A stretch of 63,486 nucleotides of DNA, counting the filler, from Octopus bimaculoides (Eukaryota), in assembly GCF_001194135.2 (NCBI RefSeq). It is 5 parts of 5 records of this genome, joined end to end, with 100 filler letters (N's around TTAATTAATTAA, not from the genome) between each part and the next. Parts side by side here need not be neighbours in the genome. Positions count along the whole stretch, not along the records: positions 38,009 to 50,203 come from NC_069006.1; positions 50,304 to 54,118 come from NW_026375095.1; 3 more parts are not named here. One strand, given 5' to 3'. This document shows, piece after piece, positions 40,501 to 52,829 of this stretch (position 1 is its first letter; every line of letters starts with the position of its first letter). The notes under the pieces were generated by a model, which saw only the letters and a list, made by a program, of their open reading frames with translations, made no database searches and was not told the DNA's origin. Made by a program: the position numbers and the translations under genes.

Positions 40501-40829
40501 TAATGCGCCTTTCACACCTCCGCCCTTTCCCCCCTGCCCGTTGCCAAACTCCTTCTACAGAAAATCTTTCTCCCTGACATCAGCATAAAACCGAATGCAG
40601 CACGAAGAACAGGCTTCGAGTTTTGCGCTCCACTGGTCTCTGCAAGTGGTTTCTTCGTCACTTGTTTTGAATAATCCATCAGAGCGGAACATTCTAGAAC
40701 GCTAGCGAAAAATGTGAGCGTGTTTGAGTGAAGGGGAGGCCATGGAGGAGCAGTGGGAGGAGAGCTGTCGTATTTCTCTCAGGCTCTGTTCCCCTCCGTC
40801 TTGTTATCCACCTCCTACTCTCTCTCCGT

Positions 40830-40840
40830 CCTATTCCCAC

Positions 40841-40881
<41 letters not shown>

Positions 40882-41551
40882 TTCATATTCCTTCTCTCCT
40901 TCTTATTCTATATCTCCCTTTCCTTTATTATTCTCCTTCATTTTACTCTCTCTTATTCTTATCTCCCACTCCCTCTTATTCTCTCTTTCTCCAACTTATT
41001 CATTCCCTCGTTCTCTTTCTCCCGCTCACTCCTTTTCCTTCCCTATTCTTTCTCTTCTTCTTACGCTCTCTGTCTTTTATCTCCCACTCTCACATTCTCT
41101 CTTTCTCTCTCTTATTCTCCCTCTCCTATACTCTCTCCCTCTCTCTTTTTCTTATTCTCTCATTTACTCCCTTTTCCCCTCTCAATCCCTTTCCCTCTCT
41201 ACTCTCTCTTTTCATCTCTACTCTCTCTTTTCTTCTTACACACTCTCTCTCTCTTATTCTCCCTCTGCTACTCTCTTTCTTCTACCTCTATTATTCTCTC
41301 TCTCTCTCTCTCATTCTCTTTTCCCCTCATCCTCTTCCTCCCCTTCATACCGCCCCTCCCTCTTATTCTCTGTCTCCCTCCACCAGTTTTTCTTTCACGC
41401 GTTTTACTTCCGTTTCTTGCTTGCATTTAGAACCATTTCCTCCCTTTTTCTTTTCTCTCTGTCTATTCGCCCTCATCTCTCTGTCTGTCTGTCTGTCGCT
41501 GCCTTCTCTCTCTCTCTCTCATTCTCTGTCTGTCTGTCTGTCTGTCTGTCA

Positions 41552-41591
<40 letters not shown>

Positions 41592-41650
41592 ATCTCTCTC
41601 TCTCTCTGTCTGTCTCTCTCTCTCCCTCTTCTCTTTCTCCTCTTTGTGCA
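40830..41650 (+). repeat. ~800-bp CT-rich polypyrimidine tract with (TCTG)n
   Basis: Read directly; it is the source of the 319/397/225-aa Leu/Ser ORFs. Confidence 0.9.
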
Positions 41651-41786
41651 TCTTTGCCAACAATCCATCCGTTGTTTGGATAGATATCGTATCGTATCTA
41701 TTTCGCTATCTATTTACAAGCGCACGCATACACATACACACTCAAATACATACATACACGCACGCACACACACACACACACATGCA

Positions 41787-41828
<42 letters not shown>

Positions 41829-42119
41829 CACATATACATATACACACACACATATATATATACACATACATTCATACATACACAGACGTACTTACAAAGA
41901 TCCACACACACACACGCATAAACGTACATATATACATACAGACATACATGCGTATTTTCCTTTATTCATTTACTTCTTTCAGTAATTTGACTGCAGCCAT
42001 GCTGGAGCACCGCCTTTAGTCAAACGAATCGACCCCGGGACTTATTCTTGTAAGACTAGTATCGGTCTCTTTTGCCGAACCATTAAGTTTACGGCGACGT
42101 AAACATACCAATGATCGCA

Positions 42120-42425
42120 GCATATTGTGTTCTGATCACCAGGAAATATTTAATCCAGCGCAGCAATTTACCCTCGGATTCCAATATTGACTAATTTTAA
42201 AATGAGGGATTTGTGGTCGACTCTGTCGAAAGCTTTGTTGAAGTCAAGATATATGACATCAGAGTTTGAACCTGGTCCCAAAGCTTTAAGGATATCATCT
42301 ATGTGACGTAAAAAACTGTGTCCCTGTCGCAGCGAAAGCCACACCGGTTGGAATTTGATGTATTGTGACTTTCCAGGAAGCCAATGGTTCTTGATCTCAC
42401 CACCCTTTCAAACACCTATTGTATT
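42120..42425 (-). mobile_element. CR1/L2-like LINE RT fragment
   Basis: Minus strand reads VFERVVRSR..GFLE, GFR, HIDDILKAL..GSNSDVIYLDFNKAFDRVDHKSLILKLVNIGIRG/KLLRWIKYFL. Confidence 0.85.
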
Positions 42426-43927
42426 TACAATAGTGTTTTTTAACGAAATGGCACAAATATCTTAAAATATGGTTGTCTTTTTAGAAGAGAATGAACGTGT
42501 GTTGCAAAGATGAGAACAGTAAATTCCCGTAGCAACTAGGAGGATTTGGATATACAAGGCAGACTAGGAATTTGCTGCGAATGTAACGCAAGTTGGGGGT
42601 TGATCAATCCCGGCTGGGTCAACTGGATGAGTGGGTCTGCTGTTGAAAGATCTGAAACTCCATGAGACCCGAGAAACACTGATGATGATGATAATGCTGA
42701 CAGAACATCAGTGAGTTGCATCTTGGAATACAATGCTTTTCTTTCAATCGGCTAGGATATATTCTGAGAGAATGGTATAATTTAATCAAATAATCCGCAA
42801 TACAACATATGGCATCGAATTAAAAGATAGTTCTTGAAAAGGGATATACATAAATGGGAACATAAGTTGGAGCATAATTATAATAAGCTATTAAAGGGGA
42901 TTAATGTAAAGTAGATGTAAAAAGTAAAAAAAAAAACAAGTGGGGCAAATGGAAGAAAAAAAAATTCACATTTTTGAAAGAAAATTGTGTGATTTGTAAA
43001 GTTTTTTAGGCGTGAATATGTAACTTGTTAATTAAATTCTAAAAGATTTGTATGTATAATGAAGTTGATTAGAGTAATGCGAATTTAAAGAAGCTTAATA
43101 TATTAGTAATTTTAAAAGAAATTTTTTCGGTTATAAATTCAATAATTGAATTAAAATAATAAATGGAGTGAAAAAATAATTAAATCATGGTTTAAAGAAT
43201 TGAGTATGTGTATTCGAAGGTGTTTTTTTTTCTACAATCCCCATGTTCTGGTCTTATTGGCTGTAAATGTATGTAATTAAGTTAAAGACTAATGGAGACT
43301 ATTGCACCGAACGGCACACGCAATGAATGTTGATTATTAAGGACAATTCGTCTTTATATTTAAAGAAATACAAAAAAAAAAAAAAAAGTTAAGGTAGCGT
43401 TCTTTCTTACCTTTTAGTTTTCGTTTGTTTGTGTCATTCATTGGACCGCGACCATGCTGGGGCACCGCCATGGGGTTGTAGCTGAACAGTATCTATCTTA
43501 AAGTCTGGTATTTATTGTTTCAAGATCCTTTTGTTGAACCGTTAAGCTACGGAAACTGAATCAAGACAACAATGGCTCTCAAGCGGTGATGGGCGACAAC
43601 AAACACAGAAACATGCACATACACATACANNNNNNNNNNTATATATATATATATATATATATTATACATAATAGGCGTAGGAGTGGATGTGTGGTAAGTG
43701 GCTTGCTTATGAACCACATGCCCAGAGTGCCACACAATGGGACTGACCCCGGAACCATGTGGTTGGGAACGAAGCTTCTCACCACACAACTACGTCTGAA
43801 TTTTTACGTGGAGTCTACCAGAGACATGGACAATACTTCAAGACTTTCTCTAAATTGGAAAAGAAAAGTTTGGGAATTCTGTTACAGTCTTAACAAAGTT
43901 TGACCATCAGCTGACCAGGATTTTTTA

Positions 43928-43962
<35 letters not shown>

Positions 43963-44029
43963 CCATCTATCCATCCATCCACCTATTTGCTCATCCAACC
44001 ATCCATCTATCAATTGATTTTCTCCGCCC

Positions 44030-44270
44030 AGTATTCCTGGGAGGGTCGTTTGGGGGTAGAGTCCCCAGGTACTTCCTCCATTGGGATCTGCCAGAAATAG
44101 CCTTCATTACACTTTTCGGCTGGATTCCCAAGCGTGACCAACTGAGGCTATGGATATTATCCAATCATCAACCCTTAGGTCTCATAACGATTCTTTCCCG
44201 CGGCATTCTAATCACGTGTTCGATGTAACGGAGCTGCGACCTCGCAATGCGGAGCCATAGCGCTTCGACC
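44030..44270 (-). mobile_element. RTE-like LINE 3' end fragment
   Basis: Minus strand reads QLRYIEHVIRMPRERIV, then WSRLGIQP...[13 protein letters not shown], resembling RTE C-termini. Confidence 0.6.
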
Positions 44271-44685
44271 TAGAGAAGCATACTCAGTAGCTGTTGTTGC
44301 TGCTGCTGCTGATGATGATGATGATGATATCGATTTGTCTGACTGAACTCATCTCGGTGGTGCCCTAGCAGGGTCGCAGCCCAATGTCTGAAACGAAGAA
44401 ATCAGAAAAATATAAAAAAGAAATAAAGACAGAGCGAACATAGAACGACTAGGCACTGCACGTAGATTGCATAGAATATATTTAATATATTTCAATATGA
44501 AAAACACACATGAAATTAATATATAACACTGCACGTGGCGTATGCACAAACAGCTGCACTCGGTCGAGCATCGACAGCATTCTAATAATAAATATTACAA
44601 CTGAAATAACAATTTAATACAATTTATATTTTTATTTATTCTCATTGCATTTAATTTAATTCATTATTATTATTATCATTATTAA

Positions 44686-44720
<35 letters not shown>

Positions 44721-45200
44721 TTCTTATTATTATTATTATTTATTATTTTTTTTTCTGGTGAGTGGCGAGATCAACTCGAAATTAAAATCTGAAAGGAACA
44801 ACAATGACATTCCTAATACGAAGAAATTGGAACCACAGCACGCATCATTTGATTCAATATTACCCCATGTTCCAGTGGGTTTACCCCGCCCTCAGCGTGG
44901 CACCAACGAATTCAATATTGAACGCAGACAAGCAACGTTACACTCGCTCAAACATAAACACCGACACCCTAACACGTGCGTAAGAGTGATGCAATGAACA
45001 TATACCCTTATTATTGTATAATGTGCCGCACCAGAGGTATTGAATGTCATATTAAAAGTCAGTGGAAAGGAACAAACTATTACGGGTACAGGGTAGATTG
45101 GCTGTAGCTTCTCTTGGGCTGGGTTGGTTTGGCATGGTTTGGCTTGGTTGTCTTGCTTTCCAGACAGAATTCATAATATTTTTTGCGGAACTTGGAGGTT

Positions 45201-45237
<37 letters not shown>

Positions 45238-45672
45238 NNNNNNNNNNNNNNNNNNNNNNNNNNNNNNNNNNNNNNNNNNNNNNNNNNNNNNNNNNNNNNN
45301 NNNNNNNNNNNNNNNNNNNNNNNNNNNNNNNNNNNNNNATATGTATATGTATATATATATATCTACGTGCTTGTGTGTATGTGTTGATGTGTATATATAT
45401 ATATTTGTGTGTGTGTATGTTTGTTTGTTTGTTTGCTTGTTTGAGTGTGTGTGTGTTTGTGTGGTGTCTTTCTTTTTTCTTTGTGTGTGTGCGCATGCCT
45501 GCTTGTATATATCTGTGGTTGGAAATATATGACGTGTGTACAGAGTTGATTCTCAAAATAGACACGTAGATCAATACATACAACTGCATACAAACTTACA
45601 TATGCACACAGATGCACTCATACATACACACATACAAACACACACACACATATATAAATGCACGCATACATC

Positions 45673-45704
<32 letters not shown>

Positions 45705-45804
45705 CATGAATAAATACACTACAGACCTATATACAAACATGTACAATTATAAAAGCATACAGCATACATAAAAACGTGCATATATATGTATGTAGTGTAT
45801 ATAT

Positions 45805-45910
45805 AGGCGCAGGAGTGGCTGTGTGGTAAGAAGCCTGCTTCCCAACCACATGGTTTCCTGGTTCAGTCCCACTGCGTGGCACCTTGGGTAAGCGTCTTCT
45901 ATTATAGCCN
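45805..45910 (+). mobile_element. 5' tRNA-like head of the composite SINE
   Basis: ggcgcaggagtggctgtgtggtaagaagcctgcttcccaaccacatggtttcctggttcagtcccactgcgtggcacc has A- and B-box-like motifs and runs into an N gap and (TA)n. Confidence 0.8.
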
Positions 45911-46429
45911 NNNNNNNNNNNNNNNNNNNNNNNNNNNNNNNNNNNNNNNNNNNNNNNNNNNNNNNNNNNNNNNNNNNNNNNNNNNNNNNNNNNNNNNNNN
46001 NNNNNNNNNTATATATATATATAAACACATAAGAAATTAAATATACTAATGGATCTCCATCAGTTCCAACGGGAACCATTCCAGTTCCTCAGTCAACAGG
46101 ACTGACTAATCCTTCTTTAAATATGTACTTCCAGTGAATATTCATGTCACGTGTCCCCTAAATGTAATCCTTAAGCAAAAGCAGGATGACACATTGTCTG
46201 ACAAGCTGTACCTTTTAAATTACAGTCCTAATCCTTGAAATGGGCTTCCATACTGATTTTGTTTTGTTTCTCAATTTCATTTACGAGCTTTGGTTGAAGC
46301 TGAGCTCATGACATAAGTCTTTCATGGAAGACACTACGGAACGAAATGAGCTTCTTAATCTGTCAGCCATGTTGCTCACTTACATATGCATTTTTTAGTA
46401 TATTCTGTCCCGGAATGTATAATGTCTGA

Positions 46430-47045
46430 CCCCACGTGAGTCCTGCTCGCCGAGGGATTCTATCTTAATAAACATTACCTGATGTTTTCGGTAGCTTTTC
46501 CCCTTCCAGGAAGTTTTTATATCTCGTCCCGCGTGACTTCCACTTTCAGGGGGATTGCACTGTTATCTATAATGCCTGATGTTTTCGGTAACTCCTGATC
46601 CAGGAAGTTTTAAATCAACCCCCCCGTGACTTCTCCTCACAAAAGGATCCTATCTTTTTGTACACTGCCTGATGAGCGATATAATTTCCGAAACAGAACG
46701 TTTTGTAGCGAAAACCTTGCCATAGGGGTCAAATCACGGTTTTTCTTCTCCGTGTTGACTGATAGTCGTAGTTCGAAATATTTCATAATTCATCGGAATA
46801 TTTGTCGAGCACATTACTCATTTCAGAAATCTTTATGTGTATGTCTGTATGACATCCACTCACTGAGGTAATCTGCGGTTATGAACACTGCCTGATGAGA
46901 GGTAGAGTTCTTGAAACAGACGCTTTCTTGTGAATGACTTATCCTCAGGCAAAATTATTCAAATTTTTTTTTTCATTCTTCATAAATTGATAGTCGTGGT
47001 TAAAAGATATTTCATCACTCATCTCAATATTTGCCGAGCTCTTCA
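46430..47045 (+). repeat. Diverged tandem repeats: two to three ~95-bp units followed by two ~223-bp units
   Basis: cctgatg recurs near 46479, 46576, 46668 and 46891. Shared blocks are cctgatgttttcggta..ccaggaagtttt and tgatagtcgt..atatttcat..aatatttg.cgagc. Confidence 0.7.
46666..46710 (+). ncRNA. Hammerhead-like motif in unit 1 of a ~223-bp tandem repeat
   Basis: UGC-CUGAUGA-GCGAUAUAAUUUCC-GAAA-CAGAACGUUUUG-UA-GCG. Stem III is the near-palindrome ACAGAACGUUUUGU and the site is GUA. Stems I and II are weak. The second core (46892-46917) has G at position 17. Confidence 0.5.
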
Positions 47046-47529
47046 AGAAAAAGAAAAATTACTTCACTAGGACTAATTACGAAATACGATACGAACTACT
47101 ATACCTTTTATTACTGAAAATGCGTACTCTCCTAGGAATTTAATTCCATGCTGAGCACTTGGAGATAGTTTTTTCTCACAAGTGATTTTCCTTCGTTTTG
47201 ATATTAAAGCATTCGTTTCTCGGTATATTCACGCCTTCACTCTCACATACAATTACTCACACACGCCCATGCGCACACACCCGAACAGATATAAGCTCGG
47301 AATGCAAATGAAGAAACCTTTGGCTCTCCTCTACCCGAAAACATGTTTCAGGGGAGGTGGGCAAGGGGCTCTACTGGTGCAGAGGAGGAGACTAAGAAAG
47401 AAAGATGAAGTAACGGATTTGCATTCGATATTCAAATATCCCTGGTGAATTAGCAATGCCAGTCAACTAATCAACATGTACATCGCAATTATGTCAATGT
47501 GAGACCCTTTGGGGACTGCTGTGAATAAT

Positions 47530-48090
47530 GGCGAGGGTGTGGGTGATGGTGTTAGAGCCGGTGGTGGTAGTGGTGGTGGTGGTGGTGGTGGTGGTGGTGG
47601 TGGTGGTTGTGTGTGGTGGGGTCGGTTGCGATAAATGTGGACGGGAGATCGTGACGATGATGGTAATGATGATGTTGATAATGATGAGGATGCAAATTAT
47701 GTTGAACGATGGTGGTGGTGGTGAAGGTGATGGTAGTAGTGCTAGTTGTAGTAGTAGTAGTGGTGGTGTTGGTGGTGTTGGTGATGGTTGTGATGGTTGT
47801 GTGTGGTGGAGCTGATTGCGATAGTGATGGCGTGGATTGTGATTATGATTGTACTGATGGTGATGATGCGAGTAGTCGTGGTGTCAGTGTATAAAGGTAG
47901 TTGTGGTACAAGCGGCTGTGTGTAGTGGTAGGCGTGGTTGTGGTGATGACGGTGGTCATGATGACACAGGTTAAAGGCAGTTGTGGTGGTGGTAGTCACG
48001 TGGTAGGTTGCCTAGGCAAATGGTGGTAACACTTGAACTGATAACAGTTATGGTGATGGTAGTGGTGGTAGTGGTGGTGGTAATGAAAGA
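47530..48090 (+). repeat. GGT/GAT/GTA-derived low-complexity tract
   Basis: Read directly. Confidence 0.85.
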
Positions 48091-48158
48091 AATGGCGTAA
48101 TAGTTGACTGAACACTATTCAATTTTTTTTCTCCGTGTTTTTCTCCTTGTCTCCGTAT

Positions 48159-48195
48159 TCTTTCTGTTGAAGAGCGTAGCTCGAAACGTCAAAGA
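48159..48195 (+). ncRNA. Minimal hammerhead-like motif with core variant CUGUUGA
   Basis: UCUUU-CUGUUGA-A-GAGC(GUA)GCUC-GAAAC-GU-C-AAAGA. Stem I is a perfect 5 bp, stem II has 4 bp and stem III is palindromic ACGU. A partial second copy at 51000-51016 reads GCUC-GAAAC-GUA-AAAGA. Confidence 0.55.
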
Positions 48196-48285
48196 CTTTC
48201 CGTATTCCCGAGCGTCATACTAATATATACTTTTGTTATTTACACCACCTGTCCTCGTCTGTTGTTATTATTTGTATATTCTCCC

Positions 48286-48317
<32 letters not shown>

Positions 48318-49245
48318 GTATATATATATCTGTATATATTAATACATGCATATCACAACACTGTGATACATACATACACACCGAATCTGTATTGTCTTCA
48401 TTGGGTGAAAGAAGAGACGGCCACGGCAGGAATGCCTTTCGTCATAGTCTTGTTATATCAGAGCTAGTCTTGTGCTAAACAACAATTATAACAACGCACA
48501 CGTACATACAGTCGCACATACACGTGCGCATACACAAGTATACCTCCCCACAACATAGAATATAGTTAGTTCACTCTGCACACATTTGCATATCAGGGGG
48601 TCTTTCTTTCCCGGTATTATCGATCATCGGATGCGTTTTCTCTTTTTGTTATTCAAGTGTCTATATACTCGGTCTACAAGTCTTCCTGAAAGATAGAACG
48701 CTTTAAGAGCGTTGTTTATTCTGAACCGTCGCCGAGAATGAAATTTTGGAAGGAAATAGAATAAAATTTTCGTAATCAGCATTCAAAATTGTGATATAGA
48801 CAGCAAAGACGTCTCAATGAACCACATTTGTATTCTGGCAAATAATTCGCGAATTTCGTTAGTCCTCCCTTGCCGAATTGTTCAGGGATTTTTACGAATT
48901 CTGATCAGGTTTCATATTTGCAAAATGGCCGAAAGAGCGAGCTAGGAAACTTGAGGAGTAAAAATAGAAAAGAATATAAAAATAACGGAACATGTCAAAT
49001 TCATCTGCAATTATTAAATTCTCTCGTAATGTGAAAGATATAGATAAGCTGAATCGCTAATTCTCATGCAAAGATTACATAATATAAGCGCAGGCGTGGT
49101 TGCATGGTTCAGAAGTCGCTCTGTAACCTCGTGGTTTCGGGTTCAATCTCTCTTTCTATCTATCTATCTCACTTTCTCATCTCATCACATTTCGTCTCAT
49201 ATTTGAAATTTTCAGGATAAAATATATTCTAGTCATTTTCCGTTG

Positions 49246-49305
<60 letters not shown>

Positions 49306-49368
49306 ATGTACACACACACACACACACACNNNNNNNNNNTATCTATCTATCTATCTATCTATCTATAT

Positions 49369-49415
<47 letters not shown>

Positions 49416-49693
49416 CATATACATGCATATATATTCACACATAAATAGGTAGACTGACAGACATACATATACACAAACGCACAGTTTCCTCCTTTTGCAA
49501 AAACAAGGCGTAAAATATTACAAGCAGAGAGACTTTAGTGATTCATGTATTCGCACGCACACACACACACACACACAGAGGTCCCCTTGCCCCTAAATCG
49601 AAAGAAATAAACCAGACACTCATTATTAACAAGAGATCGAGTGAGAGATTGTTTGTTTATGTCCCTGTCTGACGGCATGACTCTCTGTCTGTT

Positions 49694-49726
<33 letters not shown>

Positions 49727-49789
49727 TCCCTATATCACCACGCTTCTGATATATTACAATGTCAAACTGTCTCTCTGTATATCTCCCTC

Positions 49790-50080
49790 CCTCTCTTGGA
49801 CTATGTATGTATGTATGTGTGTTTATGCTTGTATCTGTCTGTCTGTCTTTCTCTCTGTTTATCTGTCTGTCTGGATGTCTGTGTATCTATCTATCTCTAT
49901 CTATCTATCTCTCTATCTCTCTATCTCTCTGTGTCTCTATCTCCCCCTCCCTCCCTCCATCCATCCATCCCTTCATCTATCCATCCGTTCATCTATCCAT
50001 CCGTTCATCTATCCATCCGTTCATCTATCCATCCGTTCATTTATCCATCCGTTCATCTATCTATCATCTATCTATCATTC

Positions 50081-50147
<67 letters not shown>

Positions 50148-50180
50148 GTCTGTCTGTCGGTCTGTCTGTCTGTCTGTCGG
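49790..50180 (+). repeat. TCTA/TCCA/TCTG tetranucleotide array including an internal ~18-bp repeat (ccatccgttcatctat)
   Basis: Read directly. Confidence 0.85.
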
Positions 50181-50203
50181 TTATGTTGTCCCTATATTTT
50201 TTT

Positions 50204-50303
50204 NNNNNNNNNNNNNNNNNNNNNNNNNNNNNNNNNNNNNNNNNNNNTTAATTAATTAANNNNNNNNNNNNNNNNNNNNNNNNNNNNNNNNNNNNNNNNN
50301 NNN
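50204..50303. other. Artificial scaffold-joining pad
   Basis: N44-TTAATTAATTAA(50248-50259)-N44. Confidence 0.97.
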
Positions 50304-50851
50304 GAGTGTGAGAGAGGAAGAGGGAAACAAAAGTTATAATTTACTAAAGTACTAAAGTACAAAAATTATAAGTACTTTCTATCCCTTGATAAAGATAAAG
50401 AGAAATATACTCATATAAACAGTGTGGAAGGGAACTATTAAAACGCCTGATGTCAAATAAATTAGAATCGAATTAGAGATTCCAAAACGGCCGTGACAAA
50501 ACGTTTCATACCCATGAAGATAACATACATGCATGCATACATACATACATGCATACATATATACATACATACATACATACGTATGTATGTAGTTTAAAGT
50601 AGTGAGGAAAGGTAACCAATTAGACAAGGCAGGACAAAGACATTTAATTTCATTTAATTCTGTCTAAATTTTGCTACATAACGAATGGTAAGAATAGTTA
50701 AAACTAGTCTCCGACAGTTGTTTCTGGAATATCCCAGCTATTGGAGCATCGTATCGAGCGGAGGCTCTGTAAGTTGAGTATTCCGTCATCAGAGAGATAT
50801 AGGTTAAACAGCGGAAGAATGATCCTCATAAATAATATTTGTGGTTCATTA

Positions 50852-50884
<33 letters not shown>

Positions 50885-51504
50885 NNNNNNNNNNNNNNNN
50901 NNNNNNNNNNNNNNNNNNNNNNNNNNNNNNNNNNNNNNNNNNNNNNNNNNNNNNNNNNNNNNNNNNNNNNNNNNNNNNNNNNNNNNNNNNNNNNNNNNNG
51001 CTCGAAACGTAAAAGACTTTCTCACTTCCAGAGCGTTAAACTAATACATCTGCTTGTTGTTTACACACCCGTCTTCATCTTTTGTTTTGTTTGTTTTTTC
51101 AACTATATATACATATATATACATAATATATATATGTGTGTGTGTGTGAGTGTGTGTGTGTGTGTGCGTGTGTGTGTATGCCTGTGTGAACCGTGATGGT
51201 TCTAAGGTGGAGGTACAGGTGGTAGTCAAACTCTGCATAGGGAGTAGACAACACCATGTATGTATGTATGTATGTAATTATGTATGTATGTATGTGCGTG
51301 TGTGTGTCTATTTTTCTGTATGTGCGTATATGTATGTGTGTGTGTGTGTGCGCGCATATATGTATCTGTTATTACTTCAGTGGAATTTTATTTGACTGAA
51401 CATGCGTTGCTTCCTGTCACTTTTAAGGCTCACAAAAATAAGTGTTCATCATCATCTCTCTCTCTCTCTCTCTCTCTTCCATGTTTTAAATTCATTGAAT
51501 ACTT

Positions 51505-51735
51505 ATTTCTTCATTGCCCACAAGGGGCTAAACATAGAGGGGACAAACAAAGACAGACAAAGGTATTAAGTCGATTACATCGACCCCAGTGCGTAACTGG
51601 TACTTAATTAATCGACCCCGAAAGAATGAAAGGCAAAGTCGACCTCGGCGAAATTTGAACTCAGAACGTAGCGGGAGACGGAATACCGCTGAGCATTTCG
51701 TCCGGCGTGCTAACGTTCTGCCAGTTCGCCGCCTT
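51505..51735 (-). mobile_element. Well-preserved copy of the second SINE family (CpG-rich)
   Basis: gtcgattacatcgaccccag...gtcgacctcggcgaaatttgaactcagaacgt...cggcgtgctaacgttctgccagttcgccgcc. Confidence 0.85.
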
Positions 51736-51798
51736 GAAATTCATTGAATTCTGACAATCAAATTTGTCATTTATCCATCCAGTGACGATAAATAAATC

Positions 51799-51853
51799 CC
51801 AGGTGTATACCAGGTGTATACCAGGTGTATACCAGGTGTATACCAGGTGTATA
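51799..51853 (+). repeat. Perfect 11-bp minisatellite (CCAGGTGTATA) x5
   Basis: Five head-to-tail units with no spacers. Confidence 0.95.
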
Positions 51854-52076
51854 CTTGAATCAATTCAATACATATGCATTGTACATGCACCTAGATAAAA
51901 TCTCTATCTTATAATCACCGAAATATATGTTCGCTGGTTGGTTGGTTAGTTGAGTCTCTAATGGCGCTTTACATTTATAAAATGGACATGTAAACAAGAG
52001 AGAATGAGTCTGTGTATCTCTGTGCGTATGTTTGTGTGTATGTATGAAAGAGAAACAGAGTGAGAGTGAGAGACAA

Positions 52077-52112
<36 letters not shown>

Positions 52113-52457
52113 CGTGCGTGTGTGTGTGTGTGTGTGTATTAGGCTGTGAATATAGAATTTGAGCTATGGTTATTTACCTGAATGCCATCACACTTCGCAA
52201 CGAAACACATTTGAACACAAACAAAAACATACTCGAGTAGGGGTGGACAAGACGATGAAAAAAAAGTATGTAACAGTTCAAACCCTAGGCAATTCTAGAA
52301 GGTTCAGGCCTTGAAAAGGAATGACTGGGGATCGATATTAGAACAATAAAACGATGAGACATTGTAAAGGTGGCAAGAGTAAGAGAGACGAATATGTCGG
52401 GCAAACTTCAGTAGAGATTGTGTACAAATTTTTTTAAAAAGCTAAAATAAGACTTAC

Positions 52458-52711
52458 GGACTTTTCCGGGATAGATCTCATGGTTGCAACCGTCGTAGGT
52501 ACTTTTCCGATACACACAGACTTGAAAAGCCTGTGAAAATACACTCTTGTTGCCACAGGAAAGCTTTGCATAGCGAGAAACAGGTCCTTTGCAGTTGAAA
52601 AACTCGCTGCAGTTGTTAGGTGACCGTACAAACTGTGATCCAGTACTACCAGAAATGGTTTTACATAGCTGGCTTATATCCAGGCCATGGGTTACCACAG
52701 CGAGACTAGAG
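52458..52711 (-). CDS. Coding exon of a probably secreted chitin-binding protein (one peritrophin-A/CBM14 domain)
   Basis: Minus-strand frame SSLAVVTHGLDISQLCKTISGSTGSQFVRSPNNCSEFFNCKGPVSRYAKLSCGNKSVFSQAFQVCVYRKSTYDGCNHEIYPGKV. It has six Cys with ChtBD2 spacing and the typical F..P.NC..F..C and C....F.....C motifs. The donor is a perfect C|GTAAGT (intron starts 52457). The acceptor is attattag|C (52711), or the next AG (exon start 52705), with a CCCTAAC branch point about 20 nt upstream. The 5' boundary is less certain than the 3'. Confidence 0.8.
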
Positions 52712-52829
52712 CTAATAATCGATACGTTTGTTAGGGTTTTGCTTTGTTTTCTTATAAAATAGCTTTTCGAAACAGCATTTCAAAAATGTTTAATAATGTG
52801 TGTATCTGACTAACTGTGTGTTTGTAAAT

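Noticed and set aside
40724-41921. ORFs of 319, 397 and 225 aa
   Set aside because: They are Leu/Ser/Phe strings from a CT-rich tract that is stop-poor in several frames, with no domain signal.
26271-52711. Myosin exon plus chitin-binding exon as one chitin-synthesis locus
   Set aside because: They are on opposite strands and separated by two artificial pads, so physical linkage is unsupported.
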